Shown here in pieces: positions 24,002 to 32,000 of a DNA stretch of 32,000 bases. The first letter of the stretch is position 1, and each line of letters starts with the position of its first letter. The notes beneath the pieces were generated by a model. The model was not told where the DNA came from. It did not search any database and saw nothing but the letters and a program-made list of their open reading frames with translations. The DNA comes from Candidatus Saccharimonadota bacterium. GTDB lineage: Bacteria; Patescibacteriota; Saccharimonadia; Saccharimonadales; UBA4665. The DNA lies in NCBI GenBank assembly GCA_016700375.1, contig CP065016.1:450001-482000 (forward strand), in the 5' to 3' direction. The position numbers and the translations under genes were made by a program.

Positions 24002-25033
24002 CTACACCTCGGTTTCGTCGTCTTTGACTTTCAAGGGGCGTTTTTTAATGATTTCGTAGCGTTCGCCGGTTAGCGGCGATTCCCAGTAGTCTTCATTTAT
24101 GATGTTCACAAACGTGGTGAGGTCTTTTTCGTCCATGATGATGATTTTTCCTTGGTCATCTGGCATGAGCTCCAAATCCATGTCTTCGGCGTATTCGAGT
24201 GCCTTTTCTTGGCTGACCTTGCCCACTTCGAGCTTTTGCAGTTTTTGTATGAGCTGCTTTTTCCCTTTCAGCAGTGCATTCATGCCAACGCCCTCCGGGA
24301 AACTCAGCCCGTACACTTCCATAATCTCGCGCACCTTGGCTTCGGCTATACTGGCTTCTTTGGCATCGTAGCCAAACAGCGTTTTCAGCTTACTCTGGCT
24401 AAAAACATACAGGTCTTGGTCGAGCACCAGTAACTGCGGGTCTGTCGGAAGACGCAGCGCCGCCTCTGCGTCAAATGGGACAAACTTATCAGCGCGAAGC
24501 ATCCAGCCCTGCTTGCCCTTCATGACCTGAGATTTTGGCAAAACTTTTGCCAGGTAAAACGGCTTATCCATCTCTGGGTGCGAAACGCGTGCCAAGACGC
24601 CCTTCATATGGTTAATATCATGTTCTTCGTCTTTAAACAGTACAATTTCTCGCTCTTGTGTGTGCAACCAACCAAGTGTTTCGCGGAGTTTCTCTACGTT
24701 GAAAACTTGGGTGCGCTGCAGAACATTGCTTTCAGCCTCAGCATCTTCAAAGCCGCGAACTATGAGCCCTTTTTCGGCTCCCTCGAGTACAAAGTCGAGT
24801 AAATCATCTATAAATATTGGTTCGAGCTGTTTCTTCAGCCCATCAGCCATAGCCGTCCTATAAAGAACATAGTTCTTCGAAATAAAAAATAGCTCAATCT
24901 TGAGCTCGTCTTTGTATTGCACGAGGTTATTTGCCCAGGCGAATACATCGGTTTCTTGGTACGAATCGATTTCTTTTTGTCGCTGCGCCTCTACGGTGTT
25001 TTCATCCATAGCAAGCATTGTACCACTGAACAC
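24002..25033 (-). CDS. Hypothetical protein, possibly DUF4868 (KwaB-like); unverified
   Basis: 343-aa acidic soluble protein. Size and overall pattern fit my recollection of DUF4868 proteins. No diagnostic motif could be checked. Confidence 0.35.
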   Translation of the reverse strand: MFSGTMLAMDENTVEAQRQKEIDSYQETDVFAWANNLVQYKDELKIELFFISKNYVLYRTAMADGLKKQLEPIFIDDLLDFVLEGAEKGLIVRGFEDAEAESNVLQRTQVFNVEKLRETLGWLHTQEREIVLFKDEEHDINHMKGVLARVSHPEMDKPFYLAKVLPKSQVMKGKQGWMLRADKFVPFDAEAALRLPTDPQLLVLDQDLYVFSQSKLKTLFGYDAKEASIAEAKVREIMEVYGLSFPEGVGMNALLKGKKQLIQKLQKLEVGKVSQEKALEYAEDMDLELMPDDQGKIIIMDEKDLTTFVNIINEDYWESPLTGERYEIIKKRPLKVKDDETEV

Positions 25034-25057
25034 TTGGTTATGCTGCTGTGTTATATA

Positions 25058-25636
25058 CTATTTTTTGCGCAAGAAAAGCTTTAGAAAACCCAACAGGAGG
25101 GCAAGGAGGCCAGCGTTTTTCTTGTTGAACAAGCCAGATACGGCGTCGCCTATGCCGGCGTCTCCCTTCCCGCTCTTTTGCCCGAGCAAAATGTTCACGA
25201 GACCACCCACATCCAGACCGTCTGATTGTTTCTGCTTGCCAAGCTGGCCGAGAACAATCGGTGCAAGTGTTGTCAGTATATCACTCGCAGCAGCACCGCT
25301 CACCCCTGAGTTCTGCGCCACACTGTCCGTAACTTTACCCGTATTTTTTCCAAAAATATGTTCAAGGATTTTACCGCCGTCTAATTTTGTCGAATCACTG
25401 CCGACCGCACCCGCAAGGTCATCGAGAATGGAGCCGTTATGGTCTTTGGCAAGAGCAGTATCGAGCTTTTTTGCTCCTTTACTGCTACCGGCCTCCTGCT
25501 GCAAGCCACTAAGTATAGCCGTGAGCGCCGAATCCATCGCAGAATTTGTGCTGTTTCCATCCAGTCCGTTCCGTGAGCCTAATTTTTCAGCGGCAGCACC
25601 AGAGAGTTGTTCAAGGAGTACCTGTTTTATATCCAT
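25058..25636 (-). CDS. DUF937-family protein
   Basis: Gly/Ser/Leu-rich with typical DUF937 features: MDIKQVLLEQLSG, KDHNGSILDDL, GGKILEHIFG and LAPIVLGQLGK. Ends in a hydrophobic basic tail. Start set at 25636; the ORF track starts at 25651. Confidence 0.6.
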   Translation of the reverse strand: MDIKQVLLEQLSGAAAEKLGSRNGLDGNSTNSAMDSALTAILSGLQQEAGSSKGAKKLDTALAKDHNGSILDDLAGAVGSDSTKLDGGKILEHIFGKNTGKVTDSVAQNSGVSGAAASDILTTLAPIVLGQLGKQKQSDGLDVGGLVNILLGQKSGKGDAGIGDAVSGLFNKKNAGLLALLLGFLKLFLRKK

Positions 25637-25638
25637 AG

Positions 25639-26274
25639 CTATTTCTCGCACGCAATGCCGTCGCTGTCGCGGTCGAGACGCGGTTCGTAACTTGCGTTTG
25701 AACGCTTGATGTTAAAGACGCCTGCTTCAAATGCGGCTGTACAGTTTTCAAACTTGCGGCCGCCAGAATCTTTACTTTCCTTCTGAGCCGCAACTTTCTG
25801 CTTCGCCTCGGCACTTGGTGTATTAAGCGGGTCAGCCTTACCAGCTACTTCGCCATTTGGCTGGGTTTGAAGCGGTGAGTATTTACCGTTTACATTAGCC
25901 TGGGACGGATTTGTCAGAATAACCCCCGCGTACCCAGCCCATGCCACTGCCAGGCCGAGCAACGCTTTTGCCCACGGGCTTTTTTTGAATCCTTCTGGGT
26001 CACGCACGTACCAAATCACTGCCGCCACTATTGGAATAATTGGTAGCACAATAAGCCACAGCAACCAGCCGACGATGATAGTACGACTCGTTGTCCAGTT
26101 TTGGTACTTATGTCGTGTCAGCGGAAAGCGCGACACAATCCAAACAGCCCCACGCAGGAAAAATCCGGGATGCTCATAGGCGTTTCGTTCTTTCAAAACC
26201 CGTGCATCTGTTGTATCAGCACTGTAATCAGTCTTGTCGACTTTCTCGGTTTTTTTCAGTTTATGTTCTGACAT
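25639..26274 (-). CDS. Membrane protein with C-terminal Excalibur calcium-binding domain
   Basis: 211 aa with two to three TM segments. C-terminal FENCTAAFEAGVFNIKRSNASYEPRLDRDSDGIACEK matches the Excalibur Cys...DxDxDGxxCE pattern. Confidence 0.7.
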   Translation of the reverse strand: MSEHKLKKTEKVDKTDYSADTTDARVLKERNAYEHPGFFLRGAVWIVSRFPLTRHKYQNWTTSRTIIVGWLLWLIVLPIIPIVAAVIWYVRDPEGFKKSPWAKALLGLAVAWAGYAGVILTNPSQANVNGKYSPLQTQPNGEVAGKADPLNTPSAEAKQKVAAQKESKDSGGRKFENCTAAFEAGVFNIKRSNASYEPRLDRDSDGIACEK

Positions 26275-26342
26275 GGTTTTGCTCCTTATATCACCCTACT
26301 CTCACAAATGTACCATAATTTGTACTCAGTACACAGACCTAT

Positions 26343-26885
26343 TTACACATCTGTTACCATATTATCGCGGCTGCGAAAATCCGTTACCAAGAAAACGCCA
26401 TCAGACTCCTGGCGAAACTGTATGTCGTGCGGGTTCATAAAATAGTCGTTTGAACCGATGATTTGATACATCAGCTCTGCCCGCGCGTCTGGTCGAGTGT
26501 GAATGGAATGCCCCTGGTACACAAGAAACTCGGCACTGCCATGTGGCGCAAGGTTTCGGTCAAGCTCAACCACACGGCCAAGCAACCGGATTTTATCGAG
26601 TTGGATGTCAAAGTGAGATTCGTTATGTATATGAACTCGTAATTCACTGTGGTCACCGCTCCGGTGAAAATGCGCACTTGCCACCTTTACCACTGGGTAG
26701 ACCTTGCGGCCAGATGCCTGCAAATACGGATTAGTTCCGTTATGCGCAACCCCGTCGTGCTCCTTTGGATCATCTTGCCCATGTTCAACCTGCGCCACCT
26801 CAAAGGCTGGTCGACCGCTTATAATACGTTTCAAAACCGCAAACGGCCCATTGTTTACTTCTGGTTTTTGATTATTTTGTTGCAT
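26343..26885 (-). CDS. Hypothetical protein
   Basis: 180-aa ORF 19 nt downstream of the RND gene. No motif recognised. Confidence 0.45.
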   Translation of the reverse strand: MQQNNQKPEVNNGPFAVLKRIISGRPAFEVAQVEHGQDDPKEHDGVAHNGTNPYLQASGRKVYPVVKVASAHFHRSGDHSELRVHIHNESHFDIQLDKIRLLGRVVELDRNLAPHGSAEFLVYQGHSIHTRPDARAELMYQIIGSNDYFMNPHDIQFRQESDGVFLVTDFRSRDNMVTDV

Positions 26886-26904
26886 AGCTTATGGTGACTC
26901 TTAA

Positions 26905-29664
26905 TTACGCTCGGCGTAAACGTCGCTTCAGCGGCACAGAAACACGGCGGCGAAATACTCCGCGCAAGAACTCACCAGCCAAGTAGTAGTATGGAAATAC
27001 CGTCACGACCATGAGCGTACTTGAAAGCAAGCCAAACATGAGCACCACAGCGAGCCCCTGCCAGAAGGGACTAGTCAAGGCAAGCGGGATGATTGAAACA
27101 ATAGCCGTCAAGCTTGTTGCGACCAGTGGACGGAAGCGTTCGGCCAGAGCCTCATGAGCCGCCTCAACCGGATTCATCCCTGCCCTGCGTGATTGGTTTG
27201 CGTAATCAGTGAGCAAAATGGTGTTTTTTATGCTTAGTCCAATCAGCGCAAAGAACCCAAGCATAGCAAAGAAACTAAACGCATTGTCGGTCAGCCAGAG
27301 CCCCAGTGTAATCCCAAACAGGCTAAACGGTATGGCCATAAAAATGAGAAGTGGCTGGAGCAGGCTGCGGAACTGAACCGAAAGCACCAGGTAAATCACC
27401 AGCAGCACCGCAGGAAATGCGATGGCAAGCGTCTTGAAGCTGTCTTGGTTTTCACTTTCCTGGCCGAAGTTAAAGCTCACCGCGTCTTTTGGCAAGCCAT
27501 AGCCCGCAACCTTCTCGGTCGTAAAGGTATCTTCAACCGCCTTTTGTGTGGCGGTCACCAGTGCCGTTGTGTCGGTATCGACAAACTTTGCCGTAATACC
27601 AATAAACGCTTTACTATCCGCACGAGTCAATACATCCGCGTTGTCGACCAAAACGGTTTCAAACTTGATTTTGCTGTCGTCTATGCGCCGAATATCAGCA
27701 GCTCGTAAATATGCTGCGATATCGCTTGCCAGCTTCTCGGCCGCCGGCCGATTCGCATCAGCTGAAACTCGAGCCGTAAAGTCCGAAGCTGGCGGACCGG
27801 CGTCAATAGTCGTAACACTAAACTGCGCCTCTTTAAAGTCCTTGAACTCAGCCTTTAAGCGGTCAATGTACTGCGGCGCAGTGGTTTTGCGTTTGTTGTA
27901 GTCTTTTAGGTCTATGAAAAATTGTGCACTCTGGGCGTTAGCAATCCCATAGTTCGCGCCCGACACAAAATCTTCACCGAGAACGGTTTTGATTTTTTGC
28001 ATGGCTGCGTCATTAATCACCTCGGCCCGAGCAATAGTGGTTCCGGTCGGAAAACGAAGCGTTGTCGCGATTTGGTTGGTGTCTTTGGATGGCGGGAAGA
28101 TGTTGAACGTTACCTTCTGGAACAAGTAACCGCCCGCGCCAATGAAGACAAAGCTGAGGACAATTGCTGCTAGTCCTACACCAAACAGTTTGCGTTTACT
28201 GTGCTGCGCCCACAGCATGGGAGCCGCTAGCCACCGCGCGACACGCGCCTCAAAATCGGCTGCCAGTTCATGCTCGGCCTTGGCGCCGACATGTTTTTTG
28301 CCAAGCATAATAAACCGCGCATAAAACGGTATGAAGACCAGCGCAACGAGCAGACTAATAAGCAGCGCCGATATAATTGTGATAGGCATAACTCGTATGA
28401 ACCCGCCCAGTATACCGCCCACAAAAAGAAGTGGCGCAAAGCTAAGTGCCGCCGTAGATGTCGCGGCTATCATAGCACGCCCAACCTTGCCAATGGCCGT
28501 TTTCACGATATCGCGAGCATCATTTTTCCGCTTTCGCTGGGCATCGAGCGCCTCGACCACAATAATGGTGTCGTCGACTATAAGCGACAAGCTCAAAATG
28601 AGCGCAAACAGCGAAATGGTATTCAGGGTGTAGCCAATGAGCTCAAGCACCCCAAGGGTGGCAAAAATTACCGTCACCATAGACAGCACCGTGATAACAG
28701 AGGCGCGCACTGCAATCACAATGGAACCAATCACTAGCACAGCGAGCAATCCTTCAAGCAACGTTTTTTGCAGCTCGCTAATTTGTTGGCGAATGCTCGG
28801 TGCAAAACTGGCGCTCACCCGCATAGCGTAGCCCGTGGATTCACTACTGCCGTTGTAGGCATCGACCGCCTTTTGCAGCTGGTCGCCAAACTCCACGACA
28901 TCACCGCCTTTCATAATAGAAGCGCCTATGGGTACTGAACTGTAGAACGACGTTTTGTCGTCCACACGTTCACCAAACCGCTCAAAACGACTCTGAACAT
29001 TCTGTACTTCTCCGGTCAGAGGGTTCTGCGCCTGTTCTATGGGCGATATGATTGAAGCGTCCTTAATGAGACTCAGTTTTTGGTCTCGTATAAAGGCTGC
29101 GGCGCGCGTTGCGGCCGCGACAAGCTCTGGCTCTGGTAGTGCCGCGTTATTTTTTGAGAAGAACGACACAACCGCATCATCTCCCCGTTCGGTAAATCCA
29201 AATTGGGCGGCCTGAAACTTCACGTTCGCTCCAGCCGGAAGAATTTTTTGTTCGACCATAGCGTTCTGCAAAGCGCGGCTCCTATTTGCAGCATCGGTTT
29301 TTTCCTCGTACTGCACTATCACCGTTGCGAAGTTTCCGAGGCTATTGGTCTGGACCGTTTTCACGTCATTTTGTTTCATGAGGTATTCGCTAACAGGCCT
29401 CGCAAGTTCGCGGTCTACCTTACTAGCATCATTCACAAAATAGGTCGCCTGCCCTATGGCGTAGGGAATGTTGATGGGCGGGAAACCTTCGCGCTTAAGT
29501 AGTGTTGAGTAGCTTAGCACGCCAAATCCGGCAATTATGAGCGCCAAAAACGCTGTCAGGCGAGGACGACTAAAGAAAAATAACGCAAACCGTTGCAATG
29601 GTCTCAGGCTTTGCGCTGCACTCGATTTTTTAGAACGCACAGCGCTCACTTTTTTCTGCACCAC
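26905..29664 (-). CDS. RND-superfamily transporter permease (AcrB-like)
   Basis: 919 aa with two blocks of clustered TM helices separated by large soluble loops. No adjacent membrane-fusion or outer-membrane partner. Confidence 0.75.
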   Translation of the reverse strand: MVQKKVSAVRSKKSSAAQSLRPLQRFALFFFSRPRLTAFLALIIAGFGVLSYSTLLKREGFPPINIPYAIGQATYFVNDASKVDRELARPVSEYLMKQNDVKTVQTNSLGNFATVIVQYEEKTDAANRSRALQNAMVEQKILPAGANVKFQAAQFGFTERGDDAVVSFFSKNNAALPEPELVAAATRAAAFIRDQKLSLIKDASIISPIEQAQNPLTGEVQNVQSRFERFGERVDDKTSFYSSVPIGASIMKGGDVVEFGDQLQKAVDAYNGSSESTGYAMRVSASFAPSIRQQISELQKTLLEGLLAVLVIGSIVIAVRASVITVLSMVTVIFATLGVLELIGYTLNTISLFALILSLSLIVDDTIIVVEALDAQRKRKNDARDIVKTAIGKVGRAMIAATSTAALSFAPLLFVGGILGGFIRVMPITIISALLISLLVALVFIPFYARFIMLGKKHVGAKAEHELAADFEARVARWLAAPMLWAQHSKRKLFGVGLAAIVLSFVFIGAGGYLFQKVTFNIFPPSKDTNQIATTLRFPTGTTIARAEVINDAAMQKIKTVLGEDFVSGANYGIANAQSAQFFIDLKDYNKRKTTAPQYIDRLKAEFKDFKEAQFSVTTIDAGPPASDFTARVSADANRPAAEKLASDIAAYLRAADIRRIDDSKIKFETVLVDNADVLTRADSKAFIGITAKFVDTDTTALVTATQKAVEDTFTTEKVAGYGLPKDAVSFNFGQESENQDSFKTLAIAFPAVLLVIYLVLSVQFRSLLQPLLIFMAIPFSLFGITLGLWLTDNAFSFFAMLGFFALIGLSIKNTILLTDYANQSRRAGMNPVEAAHEALAERFRPLVATSLTAIVSIIPLALTSPFWQGLAVVLMFGLLSSTLMVVTVFPYYYLAGEFLRGVFRRRVSVPLKRRLRRA

Positions 29665-29735
29665 TATAAAATCCTCCTCTTTTCTACTATTGTACAGAGG
29701 TTAATCAAGAAAAACCACCGCGGTTTTCAGATGCA

Positions 29736-30161
29736 TTAAGGCTTCAGCAGGCCAATGATGACCGCCATAACCAGTATGGTCGCAAGTTCGTTTCCAAAAG
29801 TGAGCAGCGTCAGTTTACTCGGACGTGCCTCAAACAAATCGTGTGTGAGTATACGTGCAGCCGTAAAGCCCAGCCACACCCAAAACGCCGTTTGCAAAGC
29901 ACTCGAGAGGAAACTTCCGCCGAAAAAGTGATTGCTCAGATACGTCACGTGCGCAAGCACGTAGGCTGTTGCTAGCGAAGCTAGAAATGCTAGTCCCATG
30001 AGCTTCGTCATGTCGGCCGAGCTCATTTTTTTGTCTAAGTCGACATGCGCAAGCTTTGCCCATTTACTCCCAAAGACACCCTTTGCATACCAAATGCTGC
30101 CCACTACCATGCTTGATGCTCCTGCAAGTAATACCGCAAGATAATTTACCTGTACTTCCAT
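29736..30161 (-). CDS. DUF1761-family membrane protein
   Basis: MEVQVNYLAVLLAGASSMVVGSIWYAKGVFGSKWAKL plus three further TM segments. GGAGG SD lies 4 nt upstream of the ATG at 30161. The ORF track extends to 30263. Confidence 0.65.
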   Translation of the reverse strand: MEVQVNYLAVLLAGASSMVVGSIWYAKGVFGSKWAKLAHVDLDKKMSSADMTKLMGLAFLASLATAYVLAHVTYLSNHFFGGSFLSSALQTAFWVWLGFTAARILTHDLFEARPSKLTLLTFGNELATILVMAVIIGLLKP

Positions 30162-30280
30162 GCAACCTCCTTTTACATATTTCAGTATGTCATAAACTTC
30201 AAAAAAGAATGTAAGCAAAGTTACAGGCTGCACCTCGTTGTGGAGGTATAATTGAGCATACACTAAACAAGGAGGTACTC

Positions 30281-30511
30281 ATGAGTTTATTCGACGATAT
30301 CAAGGCCAAGGCTGACATAAATGGCGACGGCAAAATTACGGCCGCCGACCTAGAAGGCCTAAAAGACGGCGTCAATAACGGCACACTCGACCAGTTAAAA
30401 GCCAAAGCAGACGGAAACGGTGATGGCAAACTTGACCTGAGTGATTTGAAAGACCTCGGTGGCAACGCCGGTGGATTGCTAAGTGGCCTCAAGGATAAAT
30501 TGTTCAAGTAA
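30281..30511 (+). CDS. Small protein with two EF-hand/dockerin-type calcium-binding loops
   Basis: 76 aa with DINGDGKITAADL and DGNGDGKLDLSDL. AAGGAGG lies upstream. Confidence 0.65.
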   Translation: MSLFDDIKAKADINGDGKITAADLEGLKDGVNNGTLDQLKAKADGNGDGKLDLSDLKDLGGNAGGLLSGLKDKLFK

Positions 30512-31670
30512 GCAGTTCTTTGGCGTTCGGATAGCTGTTGTAGCCTTTGTGGCTCATGCTGCGGCAGTAAGCGCCAGTGTCGTATATGGCGACCGTGTCG
30601 CCAATGTTCGCGCGGCGCAGCTCGCGTGATTCAATTCCTTCTGGGTCACCCAGTGCTGGCGTCAGTATATCGCCCGTTTCGCAGTTGTGCCCCACCACCA
30701 CATACTCCTGCTTTTCTGTCGCATCATTCAGAACGGCTATGGTGTGTTGCGCTCCGTACATCCCTGGCCGCGCAAAATCATTCATGCCGGTGTTGAGCCT
30801 AAGGAACGTATGACCGTCTGCCCCCGTGTCTACTACGTCAACAACACTGGCCAGTAGCACACCGGCGTGGCCGACCAGCCATGTTCCCGGCTCTATTTCT
30901 AGGCGCAGTTTTCGTCCCGTTTTGTCTGCGAACCTCTGTAAAAGTTGGGCAAATTTCACCCCGACTGCTGCCATGTCAGTTTCGTGTTCGTCGCCGTAGC
31001 GGTGTATTTTATACCCGCCTCCCATGTCAAGGCTTGTCACATCTGGCATGGTTTCGGCAATTTCTAGCGCCGTTTCCATCATCTTCCCCCACATGGCTGG
31101 GTCAGCGCCCGAACCAATGTGTATATGGAGCCGGTCAATCTTCACCCCGTGCGCAGCTGCAAGTTCAAGCGCCTCTGGCACATACGCCTGCCATAAACCA
31201 AAGCTGCTATTTGCCCCACCAGTCGTGGTGCGGTTATTGTGCCCCGCCCCAATCCCGGGGTTCACCCTGAGCCCAACTGATGTCGGGTGATTTTCGCTGG
31301 CGACAAAAAGCTCCAACTGGTGCAATGACGATGCGACATACAGCACCCCGACAGCGAGCAGCGCTGACAAATTATGCGCCGGCTGCTGACTAGACAAGCT
31401 TATTTTGTCGCCGGCAATTCCAAGTTCTAGCAGCTCTTGCGCTTCATAGCTTGAGCTAGCATCGAACTGTAGCCCGCTTTCATGAAACAGACGTATCACC
31501 TCCGGGTGATTGTTCGCTTTCACGGCGTATCTGGCAGTAAGCCCAAATGGCAGTTCCAGATTGAGCAACTTTTTTGCACGTTCTACAAGCATATCCCGCG
31601 AATATACATATAGCGGTGTCCCCTGCTCTCGAGCCAATTCTCTCAGCCGCGCATCATCCCAGCTATTCAC
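30504..31670 (-). CDS. lysA: PLP-dependent decarboxylase of the Orn/DAP/Arg family, diaminopimelate decarboxylase-like
   Basis: 388 aa. PLP-lysine motif YAVKAN, HIHIGSG, and CETGD near the C-terminus. The substrate assignment is tentative. Confidence 0.6.
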   Translation of the reverse strand: MNSWDDARLRELAREQGTPLYVYSRDMLVERAKKLLNLELPFGLTARYAVKANNHPEVIRLFHESGLQFDASSSYEAQELLELGIAGDKISLSSQQPAHNLSALLAVGVLYVASSLHQLELFVASENHPTSVGLRVNPGIGAGHNNRTTTGGANSSFGLWQAYVPEALELAAAHGVKIDRLHIHIGSGADPAMWGKMMETALEIAETMPDVTSLDMGGGYKIHRYGDEHETDMAAVGVKFAQLLQRFADKTGRKLRLEIEPGTWLVGHAGVLLASVVDVVDTGADGHTFLRLNTGMNDFARPGMYGAQHTIAVLNDATEKQEYVVVGHNCETGDILTPALGDPEGIESRELRRANIGDTVAIYDTGAYCRSMSHKGYNSYPNAKELLT

Positions 31671-31968
31671 CGCTCACCTCTACTCCGCGCCAGAAGGCGA
31701 CGTAGCCACTAAAGTCTTTATGCACTCGCTCAATGGCCGTCGGCAGTGGCTCTGGGTAGCTCCAGGCAGCATCGGCGTTTGTTTGACCGTCTACCGTGAC
31801 TGTGTAGTACTGACACTTGCCCTTCCAAGGGCAGGTATAGGGCGTTGGGCTTTCGCTCAGTAGCTCATGCTGCACACTCGTGGGAGGAAAATACCAGTTC
31901 CCCTCTATGTATATAAGATCATTTTTATCTGCCTCTGCTATGACTGTTCCGTTCCATACTGCTTTCAT
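31663..31968 (-). CDS. DUF427-family protein
   Basis: 101 aa. WNGTVIAEA...IEGNWYFPP...CPWKGKCQYY fits the DUF427 pattern. It overlaps the decarboxylase start by 8 nt. Confidence 0.65.
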   Translation of the reverse strand: MKAVWNGTVIAEADKNDLIYIEGNWYFPPTSVQHELLSESPTPYTCPWKGKCQYYTVTVDGQTNADAAWSYPEPLPTAIERVHKDFSGYVAFWRGVEVSGE

Positions 31969-32000
31969 GATTTGCTACTCCTTTGTAGTCCTTACAGTAT

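Noticed and set aside
1-32000. tRNA or rRNA genes, and alternative genetic code (UGA reassignment)
   Set aside because: I saw no GGTTCGAATCC-type T-arm with a matching acceptor stem in any intergenic gap and no rRNA-like conserved blocks. All motif-supported genes are intact under the standard code, with no in-frame TGA required.

Overview
The window reads like a compact, gene-dense bacterial chromosome segment. My guess is a reduced-genome, CPR/Saccharibacteria-like organism; this is inferred from gene content only (minimal dcw cluster, sigma-region-4 plus HARE-HTH protein, zinc-finger-free TopA) and is not verified. Layout: (1) 1-850 is an ORF-poor, hairpin-rich region with a strong minus-strand promoter and a bidirectional terminator. 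(2) 849-6654 (+) holds dprA, a perfect 113-bp tandem repeat, topA, a sigma-r4/HARE-HTH protein and a hypothetical. (3) 6655-7340 is a convergent, ORF-free gap with a dif-like site and an AT-rich repeat tract. (4) 7341-16167 (-) is a reduced dcw cluster, mraZ-rsmH-ftsL-ftsI-mraY-ftsW-murG-ftsQ. (5) 16.4-26.9 kb is an accessory stretch: two head-to-head IS982-like transposases; then MBL hydrolase, NYN nuclease, PIF1-type helicase and a PaaX-like regulator, punctuated by a 22-bp palindrome (3 copies) and two paralogous structured elements; then an operon of Excalibur membrane protein, DUF937, a possible DUF4868 (KwaB-like) protein and a small ORF. (6) 26.9-32 kb holds an RND permease, DUF1761, an EF-hand mini-protein, a DAP-decarboxylase-like enzyme and DUF427. 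I found no rRNA, tRNA or CRISPR array. The most unusual signal is not a protein. It is at least three families of hairpin-rich noncoding elements that recur in intergenic gaps, with possibly one more in-frame inside topA. Stems are conserved by compensatory changes while the sequence drifts. I cannot assign any of them to a named RNA family. All domain calls rest on motif recognition by eye, because no searches could be run.
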